DNA of 64,000 nucleotides. Origin: Tubulanus polymorphus. Taxonomy: Eukaryota > Animalia > Nemertea. Positions 50,746 to 62,076 of this stretch are shown piece after piece (position 1 is the stretch's first letter; the number at the start of each line of letters is the position of its first letter). Under the pieces are notes generated by a model that saw only the letters and a program-made list of their open reading frames with translations, had not been told where the DNA came from and did not search any database. Made by a program: the position numbers and the translations under genes. Where the stretch lies: NCBI RefSeq assembly GCF_964204645.1, contig NC_134027.1, positions 16,462,485-16,526,484 on the forward strand, given 5' to 3'.

Positions 50746-51236
50746 ATGGTACACATTTTTATATGCTCACATTGTGGTGCGAAGAACGCATTTTCTAAGA
50801 AGCGCCGCGCTACAACCAGCCTGACATTCGAAGAAAAGCTATTGTGGGAGTCGAGCCCACCTCAAACGAAACCATTTGAAATTCCGGTGGAGTTTCGGGA
50901 ACCATTGTGGGATTCGAACCCACTGCCAACTCCGGTCGTCCCTGTTGAGACATTGCGGGATTCGAACCCGCGAAGTGCACGACCATTTGAGATTCCGGAG
51001 GAACTTCGAGAGCCGTCGTGGGATTCGAACCCACCACTGCACGCTCATGTGTAATACCGGAGGAGTGTCGGGGACCTCTGTGGGATTCTAACCCACTCGC
51101 CATGCAGGTCGACACCGATGGGGCTGCACTACAGCCATTGAGGGGTTCGAACCCTCCACCTTGTGAATTGCCAAAACCGTCCAGCCAGGATGGGGAATCG
51201 AACCTACATCTGTTTTTTTGGGTTGGAAATTTTTAA
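50746..51236 (+). pseudogene. Putative upstream ORF (ORF0) of the Gypsy element with (W/R)DSNP repeats; one frameshift
   Basis: ORFs 50746-51054 and 51018-51236 join across a 1-bp deletion; CxxC near the start; PFEIPxExREPxWDSNP repeats. Confidence 0.4.
50844..51207. repeat. Seven spaced 17-bp hairpins antisense to the tRNA T-arm/B box
   Basis: GTGGGATTCGAACCCAC-like units at 50844, 50907, 50955, 51018, 51080, 51140 and 51191. Confidence 0.85.
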
Positions 51237-51274
51237 AATGTTATTTTAGATTAGTATTCGTTTAAAGATATACA

Positions 51275-52264
51275 ATGTCGACTGGAGGGGAGACGACGTA
51301 CGGTGCGGGTAGCTCACGGGAACGATCCGCTGTAAGCAACGACACTGTTCTGCAGGCCCTCTCTGGCCTCCGCGAACAGGTGGACACAGCCACGGCGTTC
51401 ATGAATTTCTCTTTGCTCCCTAAATTTACGGGACGAGACGACCAGTGCGTCACTGATTGGTTCAAAGGATTTGACCGTTTGGCCGATCTAAGGGGTTGGA
51501 ACGATGACGCTAAAAAGAAACAGCTGTATTGGTTTTTGGCTGGCCCGGCCCAAATCTTATTTAATGATCTTCGCATTGATCAGGGAACCGATGCGGCCGG
51601 TGGCAAAGTTGTCACTCCCTGGGAAAATATTGTCCGTGCGTTTTGCGCGCAATTTAGCCCCACCTCGTGGGCTTTGGTCAAGGAGTCGGCTTTGACGACG
51701 ATGCGACAGGGGGAGACACAACTGGTCGATAGGTTTGCGGAAGAGATTGATCGTGTGGCCTCGAGTTTGAAATTTTCGGACCACCAGAAAAAGATGTTAC
51801 TAATTAACAACTCTCGCCCTGACATCTCTGTCTACCTGTTGTCACAGCGTCCGACGACATTTAGGGATGCATGGGAGGCAGCCAGAATGGCGGAGCATAT
51901 CGAACAACGTAAAGCTCTGTCGTCTCCCAAGGTATCGCAAATTGGGACCGAACCAAATAAAGCGATGGGTGACGTTATGACTGAGTTACGGGACATGTTC
52001 CGCCAAATTATGGACATCCAGAAGTCTACCCGTACTCAGCGGAATGATAGAGCCACATTTTATAGCGAAAGCCGCCCGTCACAAAGGTCACAGGATGGCC
52101 AGGTGGTGTGCTATCAATGTCACGCCCCTGGTCATTACGCCAGGAATTGTCCGTCTTGGCGTTACGACCAACAAAGGTCACGGGTCTCGCCAAACCGGGA
52201 CGCATTTCAGTGTGATAATCGCCGTCCCCAAAATTCTGGTAGGGGTCAGTTTAGGCGCTTTTGA
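51275..52264 (+). CDS. gag: Gypsy Gag
   Basis: PKFTGRDD..W capsid-like start; CCHC knuckle CYQCHAPGHYARNC; lies after the PBS. Confidence 0.92.
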   Translation: MSTGGETTYGAGSSRERSAVSNDTVLQALSGLREQVDTATAFMNFSLLPKFTGRDDQCVTDWFKGFDRLADLRGWNDDAKKKQLYWFLAGPAQILFNDLRIDQGTDAAGGKVVTPWENIVRAFCAQFSPTSWALVKESALTTMRQGETQLVDRFAEEIDRVASSLKFSDHQKKMLLINNSRPDISVYLLSQRPTTFRDAWEAARMAEHIEQRKALSSPKVSQIGTEPNKAMGDVMTELRDMFRQIMDIQKSTRTQRNDRATFYSESRPSQRSQDGQVVCYQCHAPGHYARNCPSWRYDQQRSRVSPNRDAFQCDNRRPQNSGRGQFRRF

Positions 52265-52559
52265 TCAGTATAGGTACCCAGCAACCTCCGATTCAGCAAT
52301 ACAATGTGATCTTGTGTCATCAGGTTCAAGAAGTAGTAATAATTCACGATCGGAATGTCTTAATGATCAGAGTAATATGGAAGCTATTTTGTCAAAGATA
52401 TCTAGTCAGGAGTCAATGTCGGAGAATTTGTGTCACTCGTTTGAAAGAGGACAGAACTTTCCTGTCACCTCAAATGCCAGCAGTTTTCACCATCCAGTTG
52501 GGGATGGAATGTCCCATGAATAGGACAGAGGTCAAGTTGTCCTCACGTCTAAACCGATT

Positions 52560-53510
52560 ATGCCAATCATCGAAAATGTTGGGATAGGAGATTCGAACTC
52601 CGATTGTCAACCAACTGTTCACTGTCAGGAACAACTTCCACCTGTTAAGACGACTTTAGGTGACACGCCAACCAACGACATAGGGTCCCTTTCCAGTCAG
52701 AACAACACTATTGGACAGGAAGCTTATTCCACGTCAATCATGGCAACTGCCGCCAACCGAGTGACTGGTAGTCATTCAGGGACACCGTTAAACATTTTGA
52801 TTGATACGGGTGCCGATATTTCTGTACTCTCAAACAATTACTTCATCAATCATCCTCAGATCGAATGGCCCTTTGCAGGAGGGACAATTTCAGTCCGCCC
52901 GTGGGGTAGATGGTACTAAGTTTTATTTTATTAAAAAGTGTTATTTCCGTAGATTTTGTATTAGGAAATTTGGACGTTTCACATTCTATGTACGTGGTGG
53001 ATGGAGTCACCTCGGACTTCATTCTCGGAGTTGATTTCCTGGAACGAAACCAGGCAGTTATCGATTATGCTAAAAAGGCTCTCTTGTTGCCAGGCGCCGA
53101 CATAATTTACTTTAGTAATGATGTCATCTTGGGGAAATCTTCGTCGGTTAAAGTCACGCGTATGACTGTTATTCCCCCTTCATGCGATGTCACCGTAGAC
53201 CGTAAGTGGTTAATTGACAAGTCTCGGTCATCGATTGCAGCCTTTGAGCCTATACATGATTTGAGAATGCGTGATCTCATGAGCGCAAGGTCAGTTGTTA
53301 GCGTCATGCCATCAAGGCATCGGTTTCGGGCCACGAACCCTACGTCACGACACGTTACCTTCTTTGAAGATACGTGTCGTAGTGATTCGTGGGCAGATGG
53401 GTGGTCACTTGACCGATCACTCAAAACAGAGGCGAAGTCAGGACAGCTTCCTCGGCCACCGGAGGTGTCTGTCACACATGTGAAAGACCCTCAGACGTCA
53501 GACGAAATTT
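52560..53510 (+). pseudogene. pol: Gypsy pol 5' part (aspartic protease), frameshifted and truncated
   Basis: LIDTGADISVL and FILGVDFL in different frames; no RT follows. Confidence 0.85.
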
Positions 53511-54323
53511 GTAAGTATAATCGAATTATTTAGAGTTTGGATCAAGATGATACGTCCTATTGAAAATTATGAATTGTATACGGTAAGCGTCTCTTCAGTA
53601 AAGTTATCAAAATATAATTACTTAAGTGTTGTAAAACTGAAGTATATATAACGCATTGTTGCCAATGAGTTAACTCCTGATCTAGGTTTAATCTAATATA
53701 GGAGATAAAGACAACCATAAATAAAAGTGAATAATAGCTTGATTGTCGTGATATTGGTTTTTTTTTGCTGAAATATCACTAGTCTCTAGGGTTTATTATC
53801 TGTAGTCTGAATGGATGTCATTGATTGTCAGTTAGAAAAGAAAGAGTTATGAAATTTTTATATAATCTCTGTGTTTTTATTTGATTGTAAGGTACCCTTA
53901 TCGGATGTGTGAAGATGAGACCGTCGGGATATGACAGCACTACGATGGAAGAATGTCTTCTTCTGTCAACCGCAATAGATGTTGACGGGTACCCCCCTGA
54001 TAGTGACCATATGGAGATGGGGACTTGTTGGGAGGTATCCTGAAACTCTATTCGACGCAACTGATAGTATGATAAACCAGCAACTGGTATGCTCTGGCCG
54101 AGATGGGTGATATTAATTCACCGATTCGTCAATTAACGAGGAAAAAGGAACAACTATATACAGCCTACAACAACGATCTAGGGCGTCGCCGTTTCAACGG
54201 GATGGAATCATGCTCGATGATTAGTCATGCGATTCTGGCCATTGTTAGTGGTGTTTGTCACTCTCGAAGACCTGTTATATACTCACAAACTTAAGTGATG
54301 AAGGGTGGACAAAGACACCTGGC

Positions 54324-54411
54324 CAATGCGATACGAAATATGAAGAAAAGTGATAATTTCCGTAGACAATGCGATACGAAATATGAAGAAAAGTGATAAT
54401 TTCCGTAGACA
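54324..54411. repeat. 43-bp tandem duplication
   Basis: CAATGCGATACGAAATATGAAGAAAAGTGATAATTTCCGTAGA occurs twice. Confidence 0.9.
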
Positions 54412-54528
54412 TTTTAGCGGAGTAAAGCCGAGTGTGTTCAAGATGGCTCCCGTGTAGTTACATTATCATTCGATGGAATGTTGTTCGCTCAAGCCGTAAG
54501 ATGCGAATACAAGTAGTATACAAAATAG

Positions 54529-54843
54529 CGGTTCTGGCGCAGCCCGACCCCGGTTCTGGCGCAGCCCACCCTTACCCCGGTATACCGTGTACCCTCTCAA
54601 AGCTTTATCTCCACCTAAATACCCTAAGAAGACAACCCCTGTGGACCGCGGTTCTGGCGCAGCCCATCCTTACCCCGGTATACCGTGTACCCTCTCAAAG
54701 CTTTATCTCCACCTAAATACCCTAAGAAGACAACCCCTGTGGACCGCGGTTCTGGCGCAGCCCATCCTTACCCCGGTGTACCATGTACCCCCTCAAAGCT
54801 TTTTCTCCACCTAAATACCCTAAGAAGACAACCCCTGTGGACC
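54529..54843. repeat. 98-bp tandem repeat, 3 copies plus a 22-bp partial
   Basis: Units start CGGTTCTGGCGCAGCCC at 54551, 54649 and 54747. Confidence 0.92.
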
Positions 54844-55183
54844 ATGGAAAACACGCCAAGGGGCCGGCAAACCCCCTCCGGCCCCTATAAACCAACCGCT
54901 ATAATGCACCTACAACAAAGTGTTATTTACATAGATATTTACAGTATATACAAGTATGTGAAACGCTCTGACCTGGAATTCACCTCTTCAGCTGACGCTA
55001 TCAGCGGTGCGACCTGATTGTCACTGATTGCGAAATAGCCTAGAAAGTTCTATGCTGACGCAGAAGCCGGCAAACAACCGAGACATCGGCAGGCAACCAG
55101 AGTCATGTCCCTTGGACATGGCCAGGCCCGGCCAACAGACCAGGTGAAGCGCGTCTCGTGAGAGTCCTGGTTCACTCACCAAG

Positions 55184-56033
55184 GTGGATATAGATTCTGC
55201 GTGGTCAGAAATGGACACAGATCTGATCTATCAAAACCTGGTGAGTGATAATAAAGCCGGGTTGCCGAAAACCCTGAAACAGCGGAAATGTGAATTACGG
55301 AAGACGCTGTTCAAGAATGAAGCCAGCTCGAAAGAATTCTTCGGCCTAGTGAGAAAAATCAGCAAACTCAACAAGGCAAATCGGTTCTTTACAACAGCCA
55401 AGCAGATTATTACGGGTTCCCCGAGCAATCAAACGCAGGAGGATGCATTTCCGACTAAACGACGGGTGAAGGAATACTTCACGGACCTGTATTCTAGTAA
55501 GCAGACCGGTCCTATTCCTAAGCCACCCGTCAAGAACGTTGCGTTCCCGTTCGATATGTCACCGATAACCGCAGCTGAAATCGAAAAAGCCTTGAAGAGC
55601 AGCAACTCAAAGCTCCAGGTCTAGACAGGATCAAATACGGACATCTCCGTCAGCACACCCATCGACTCGCGCGATTTTACAACGACATACTAGATACGGG
55701 AAGGCCACCTTCGAAAATCTCGGCGTGGTGCACCAGTATTGTGACGCTTCTATTCAAGAAAGGGGACCGCCGGGATCCTGCTAACTATCGTCCGATTGCG
55801 GTTACAAGCGTGATCTCGAGGCTCCTTAATCGGATAATGGCGAAACGCATAGAACGCCACGTCATTAGGAACGGATTCATCGACACTGCCGTACAAAAAG
55901 GATTCGTGTCGGGCCTTCACGGGACACTGGAACATTCTGAATTATTAGAGACTAAAATCATCGAAGCCGAAAAAACTGAAAATGACTCATTTGTGACTTT
56001 ATTTGACCTTAAGAATGCATTCGGTTCAATCGA
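55184..56033 (+). pseudogene. Non-LTR RT fragment, R2/NeSL/Hero-like
   Basis: LLFKKGDRRDPANYRPIAV, QKGFVSGLHGTLEH, DLKNAFGSI; cut off at the start of the 56034 palindrome. Confidence 0.85.
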
Positions 56034-56437
56034 AGTAATAGGGAATATCTTGTTTCAAGCCAAAGGTCGAACGGTCGAGTTCATTAAAAAACAAAACATT
56101 AAAAGTAATTTAAAACTATAATATATTTTCATAACCGTGTGTATTTTATATTATAACTAAATATTTATTCTAAGATATCAATAATTTAAAAAGCATATTG
56201 TATTAAATCAATTGGTCGCTCCACTTCGCCACCGCTCCGCTCCGCGACCAATTGATTTATTTACAATACACAAATTCATATAATCAAATATATTGAAATA
56301 ATAATAATTATTCTATTATTCAACTGAAATACACACGGTTATGAAAATATATTATAGTTTTAAATTACTTTTAATATTTGTTATTAATGAACTCGACCAT
56401 TCAACCTTAAACCTGAAACAAGATATTCCCTATTACT
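56034..56437. repeat. 404-bp imperfect palindrome with AG...CT ends upstream of pPolB
   Basis: Outer arms 56034-56146 and 56327-56437; inner arms TAAATCAATTGGTCGC / GCGACCAATTGATTTA around a GC-rich loop. Confidence 0.9.
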
Positions 56438-56517
56438 CTTAAAATATTCATATAAATGAATAACATTTAAATCATTGAACTTCTAAAATCAATTTTAATA
56501 AAAAATTTAGTATTAAA

Positions 56518-59500
56518 ATGGAAGCAAATAAGTACTACTGCCCAACATGTAATATCAATATAGATAAATCCCAAAAAGCAAGACACAATAAAACTAAAAC
56601 ACATTTAGAGAATAAATTGAAACTAGAATATAAAGATGATATATTAGAAACTAAATTAGATGAATTAAAGAATGAAAAAGAAACATACAAATGTGATATA
56701 TGTAATCAATCATTCAGTGATAAAAGATATTATAAAGAACATTTAAAATCTAAAAGTCATATCAGAAATATGAATAATGTTATTTTAGGTGAAGATTATT
56801 TTGATAAAGATAATGATAAGAAACAGAAGACAATTAAAAGCATAAAAAATAAATTAAACAATAAAAGACCATACATGGAAGATGTAAGAAATTATATTAA
56901 TTCATTAGATAATAAAAAAGATATAGAGATAACCGAAGCATTTAAAAGTGATATTGGTCCAGCAGCTATCGAGTTTAAATTTCATAAAGGAAAAACATTA
57001 GAAGAAAATAAAAAACATTTAGAAAATATGAAAAATATTATGAAAATAATTACTGATGTTGAATATCCTAAAATTAGTATATCAATTAAAGTAAAGTTTA
57101 TAAAATCTGAAGATAAACCAATATATAATATAAATTCTCATTCACAACATATTATATCTAAACAACATATAGATGATAAATTAGATGAATGTTATAATGA
57201 AGTAAAAACTAAAATAGAAGAGAAATATTTTGAAGGATCTGGTTTAATATTTGATGAAATAATATTTATGACTTTACATGTTTATGACACAAAATATAAT
57301 AAGTTAACTAAATCAAAACCAATTGATGAAAATAATTTATCATATTATAAAGATGATAGTATAAATGGAACAAGTTATATTAAACTACCATTTAAAACTA
57401 ATGCTGTAATAAATGTACAAAATTTTGATGATAAATGTTTTCTATGGGCTATAATAAGTTGTTTACACCCAGTTGAAGATTATAAACAACATAGTTTTAG
57501 ATTAACTCATTATAAACCATTTGAAAATAATTATAAGATAGATAAGTATCCTGTTAGAATTAAAAACATCCCAAAAATAGAAAGAGATAATAATTTAAGA
57601 ATAAATGTATTTGATTTAATCAAATTACCAAATACAAAAGGTAACAACATAAAACATTATACATTAGAACCTTTATATCTATCAAAAGATTATGATTCAA
57701 ATGATGTTATAGATATACTATATTATGAGAATCATTATATGTGGATTAAAAGAATTGATTTATTTTTTAAATCAGAAAATGATTTTGATAATAAAATATA
57801 TCTATGTAGAAAATGTTTACATAGATTCAGTAATGAAAGTGCATTATTAAATCATAAACAATTATGTGAAAATCATGATTATTGTAAATTAGTTTTACCA
57901 AATGAAAAGGATAAAATATTAGAATTCAAAAAATATGATTACAAAAATAAAGTACCATTTGTTATATATGGAGATTTTGAATCATTAAATAAAGAATTAA
58001 CTGATCAAGATAGAAAAGAAATATATTATAAAAGAAAGAAAAATCTAATTCTAATGAAAATGATTTTTCAGATGAATCACCAAAAACAAATACTATTAAA
58101 AAGATTCATCAATCAGCTGCTGCTTTCGGGTTATATATAAAATCTGATTATCCAGAACTAATTGAAAGTGAATATTATGATTATAGAAATGAAAATGTTA
58201 TCAATCATTTTTGTGACTTATTAATTGAATATGAAATAAGATTTAGTAAATTATTGAATACAAATATAGAAATTATAATGACAGAAAAAGATAAAGAAGA
58301 GTTTGTGTTTGCAGGTAAATGTTATTATTGTGAAAAGATATTTAATTATAAAGATAAAAAAGTAAGAGACCATGATCATTTGAACGGAAAGTTTAGAGGC
58401 GCAGCGCATGAGAATTGTAACTTACAAGCTAAGAAAATTAATTTTGTACCAGTTATGTTTCATAATCTATCAGGATATGATGCACATTTATTCATCAAAC
58501 AGTTATGTCATAAAATAGAAGAAATCAATAATGAAATAGAAATATTAAATTCAAATAGATCAAAAGATAAAATACCAACTTATAAATTTAGAATGTTAGC
58601 TAAAACATCTGAGAATTATATATCATTCCAATTTGGGTGTCTAAGATTTATAGATTCATATAGATTTTTAAATAGTTCATTAGATAACTTATCAAAATCA
58701 TTAGTTGATGATGAATTGAAAATATTAAAGCAACACTACCACACTGGAACCACAACCTTATGGAGTATTTGAAATAAGTGAAGTTTTACAGAATGAAAAT
58801 AATGATAAATTTGATTGGAAGAAAAGAATTCTAGATATTGCAGATGATTCAGATACTGGTTACTTCTTTGTTGTAGATTTAGAATATCCTGAACATATTA
58901 AATTTAAATCTAGAAATCTAGCTTACTGTCCCGAACATAAAACTGTAACTCATGAAGAATTATCAAATTACCAAAAAAGAATTAAACCCGAAAATCATAT
59001 TCATACAGAAAAGTTAATGGTAACTCAAGAAGATAAATATAATTATGTAGTACATTATAGAATGTTAAAGTTTTATCTAAATCAAGGAATGGTTCTAAAA
59101 AAAGTACATAGATATATTTCATTCAATCAATCTAAGTGGTTAGAAAAATATATAGATTTTAACACCAAACAGAGAACTAAAGCTAAAACTGATTTCGAGA
59201 AAGATTTCTTCAAGTTAATGAATAATGCATTCTATGGTAAGACTTGTGAAAATATCAGAAATAGAAATGATATTGAGTTAGTTAGTAATGGTAAAAGAAT
59301 TAGACATTTACAATCATATCCTAAGTTCATTGGTAACAGAATATTTGATGAAAATTTAGCTGCAGTTAAGATGAGAAGAACATCAATGAAATTTAATAAA
59401 CCAATCTATGTTGGCGCTTCAGTTTTAGAATTATCAAAATTACTAATGTATGAATTCTATTATAATGTATTACAACCACTTTTTGGAGAAAAACATATAG

Positions 59501-59805
59501 AAATATTATATTTTGATACAGATTCTTACATATTAAAGATAAAAACTGATAACATAACTGATGATTTAAAAACATTAAAACATCATTTTGATTTTAGTAA
59601 CTATCCTAAAGATCATGAATTGTTTAGCAATGATAATAAAAAGGTTCCCGGTAAATTCAAAGATGAATTAGGTGGTGAAGAAATGAATGAATTCATTGGT
59701 ATTAGATCTAAAATGTATTGATATAAAACTAAAACTCATGAAGCTAAAAAGTTAAAAGGAATAACCAAAAGTGTAGTAGAAAAGAATATTCATTTCAAAG
59801 ATTAC
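56518..59805 (+). pseudogene. Polinton pPolB (copy 2) with N-terminal C2H2 fingers and Endo VII-like insert
   Basis: CPTC..H..H and CDIC..H..H fingers; SYIKLP..INVQNFDDKCFLWA; Exo I YGDFES; Exo II FHNLSGYDAH; KLMNNAFYGKT; YFDTDS. Frameshift near 58040, deletion near 58740, 3' end lost. Confidence 0.93.
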
Positions 59806-60561
59806 ATGGCGGAATTAAAAGAATACAGAATATTTGTTGATTCTAGAAGGCTTACAAATTATAAATCTCATAATTTACTAGTACAATTAGATAGAGAATT
59901 CAAGAATTGTGTAGATTTAAAATTAGTTAATATAAGTTTATGTAATTCTTTTTACAATGTATCGGATAAAACTTTTGAACATAGAGGGTTTATGATTTAT
60001 ATGGGAAATAAAGATAAATGGTTTCATATATTTTTAAAACCAGGATTATATAATTTAGAATCATTAGCGCATGAAATTAATAGAAGAGCTCGGTTGAAAA
60101 TCGGGGGCACTTCTGTATTTGAAATTAAATTTAATAAAATTGATAGTACTAATAAAATAAGAATAAAGATATCTAATGAACAACATAAATTTATGGTAAA
60201 CAAATCACTGGCTAAAATGTTAGGAATTAAACCGCTTACAGTTACTGGAAACGCAGAAGGCAGCTCAAATATAATACCTTTTACACACTTTTATATTTAT
60301 TGCAATTTAATCGATCCTACAAAAACATTCGAAGCAACTAAAGAAACAATTTGTAGTTCTAGTATACTAAATATTTTACCGCTAAAAAATGTTAAACAAT
60401 TTGGAACTCAAATGAATTATAATTTAACAGAATGTGATTTTAAACCTTGCATTCCTAAATTTAATAATTTTAAATTAGAAATAAGAAATCATAATGGATA
60501 TTTAATTGATTTGAATAACTGTCCTGTGATATATGAATTAGTTATAAGATGCAGAGAGTAA
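59806..60561 (+). CDS. Probable minor capsid (penton-like) protein
   Basis: IFVDSR..NSFYNV..LKPGLYNL..IN..FYIYCNLID..LEIRNHNGYLIDLN pattern, typical of single jelly-roll minor capsid proteins; 251 aa, open. Confidence 0.7.
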   Translation: MAELKEYRIFVDSRRLTNYKSHNLLVQLDREFKNCVDLKLVNISLCNSFYNVSDKTFEHRGFMIYMGNKDKWFHIFLKPGLYNLESLAHEINRRARLKIGGTSVFEIKFNKIDSTNKIRIKISNEQHKFMVNKSLAKMLGIKPLTVTGNAEGSSNIIPFTHFYIYCNLIDPTKTFEATKETICSSSILNILPLKNVKQFGTQMNYNLTECDFKPCIPKFNNFKLEIRNHNGYLIDLNNCPVIYELVIRCRE

Positions 60562-60578
60562 TTCTTTTCACTATATAA

Positions 60579-60935
60579 ATGAATATAACTGTTGGACCGA
60601 GTATATGTTTTGGATTTGATTTTAAACTTGAGAAAGAAATGAAATTTAACGTTAATGATGTAATTACACATATCAAAAATATTACATTTTCTAATGAAAC
60701 AACATTTGAGTATGAAACAACAATAGATAAAGAAACTTTTAATGTAGAAAAGATTACTAATTTAATTGGAGAATCTTTAAGATTTTATGAATTAGATGAA
60801 GATTTTATCATCGATGATATTAAAAAAATAATAATTGAAATATATACAAATGAAACTAGTAATGAAATAAATGTTGAATTAATCATAAATAAGTTAACTA
60901 AATATTTTGATGATAATAATTTTTTTGATAAATAA
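60579..60935 (+). CDS. Acidic hypothetical Polinton protein
   Basis: Open ORF with TAAATG start; abuts the next gene. Confidence 0.5.
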   Translation: MNITVGPSICFGFDFKLEKEMKFNVNDVITHIKNITFSNETTFEYETTIDKETFNVEKITNLIGESLRFYELDEDFIIDDIKKIIIEIYTNETSNEINVELIINKLTKYFDDNNFFDK

Positions 60936-61157
60936 ATGAGTGATAATAAGTGGATAATAACTGGATTATATAATGGCGCATTACTATCAGTTGGAACTGT
61001 TGGTTATTCAATGGTATTGAAAAAAGTATTCAAAATGGGAAGTGTTAATGTTGATAGATTTGATATAAATGATATTTTAAAATTAACATTAGCAGTTACT
61101 TTATCTAATTTAACTATTGATTATTTGGAAAAACAAAAATATATTCCTCCCATATAA
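60936..61157 (+). CDS. Small hydrophobic adintovirus-like protein
   Basis: T7-N6-TAAATG start; two hydrophobic segments; ends DYLEKQKYIPP. Confidence 0.6.
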   Translation: MSDNKWIITGLYNGALLSVGTVGYSMVLKKVFKMGSVNVDRFDINDILKLTLAVTLSNLTIDYLEKQKYIPPI

Positions 61158-61181
61158 ATGCATAATTTTTTTGCTAAATAA

Positions 61182-61604
61182 ATGACTTCTGCAATTATAA
61201 CTATTATAGGATCGGCGATTGTTAACGCTTTAGCATTTACTGGAGGTGTATATTTATTTAAGCATATTGATAAAAATAGTTCATTAGGAGAACAAAGAAG
61301 ACATAACTTAGCATTAGAGAAATATAATAAAGCAGCAGAAGAATATAGAGAAAAGAGGCAAAACTATATGGATTATATTAACAAAGAATTATATGATCAG
61401 AAGATTTCACATAGAGATTTTCAATCAGTTGATGATGCAATGAGTTTATATAACGCGGTAACCAATAAAGAAAAATTACATCTATACAAACCTAAATTAT
61501 CAGATTATTATACCCCAAGTAAAGAACAACAGAAATATGAAATAATTTGGATTTTAGGTGGAACTGTTGTTGTTATATTTGTAGCATATAAATTTACTAA
61601 TTAG
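61182..61604 (+). CDS. Adintovirus-like membrane protein
   Basis: IGSAIVNALAFTGG, EQRRHNLALEKY, C-terminal TM segment; T7-N6-TAAATG start. Confidence 0.65.
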   Translation: MTSAIITIIGSAIVNALAFTGGVYLFKHIDKNSSLGEQRRHNLALEKYNKAAEEYREKRQNYMDYINKELYDQKISHRDFQSVDDAMSLYNAVTNKEKLHLYKPKLSDYYTPSKEQQKYEIIWILGGTVVVIFVAYKFTN

Positions 61605-61624
61605 TAATTTTTTTTTCTAAATAA

Positions 61625-62060
61625 ATGGAAGATAAAGTTGATAGTATTGATATTATTCCTCATGATATAAATAAAACTAAATTAAAAACATATTTAGAAA
61701 AACAAATATTAGAATTTGAAAGTGACTTAAAGATAAAAAAGAAAAAATATTTAAAAAGTAAAATTATATATTATTTGATTATAAGTGGTTCAGTTACAAT
61801 TAGTTCTGTAATAACATTTCTAGCAATATTCAGCCCATTAACACCTTTAGCTATATCAATTGGTGTGTTAGGATTAAGTTCAAGTGTTTTAACCGGTATA
61901 AGTTCAAAATTAAATATAAAAAGTAATAAAGCAAAAAATTAAAACTAATATAAAAGAAATTAATAAATTAAAAAATACACTAGATTATATAATAAGTTTA
62001 AATGGTCATATAACAGTTGAAGAACAAGATAAATTATTAAAAGAATTAATAAATTATTAA
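61625..62060 (+). pseudogene. Hydrophobic-hairpin membrane protein, possibly the adintovirus gasdermin-like protein; frameshift in an A run
   Basis: KKKKY followed by two TM helices; continues after about 61935 as ...LKNTLDYIISLNGHITVEEQDKLLKELINY*. Confidence 0.5.
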
Positions 62061-62076
62061 TTTTTTAATTATATAA

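Noticed and set aside
50844-51207. CRISPR array or tRNA gene cluster
   Set aside because: Spacers are partly homologous to one another and no cas genes are present; only the T-arm is present, with no D-arm, anticodon arm or acceptor stem.
53510-54320. Possible second LTR or RT-RNase H remnant (SPIRQLTRKK)
   Set aside because: No TG...CA pair, TSD or convincing catalytic motif found.
58020-58060. Programmed frameshift in pPolB
   Set aside because: Copy 1 is in frame at the equivalent site; this and other shifts fall in A/T runs and are more likely decay or sequencing error.
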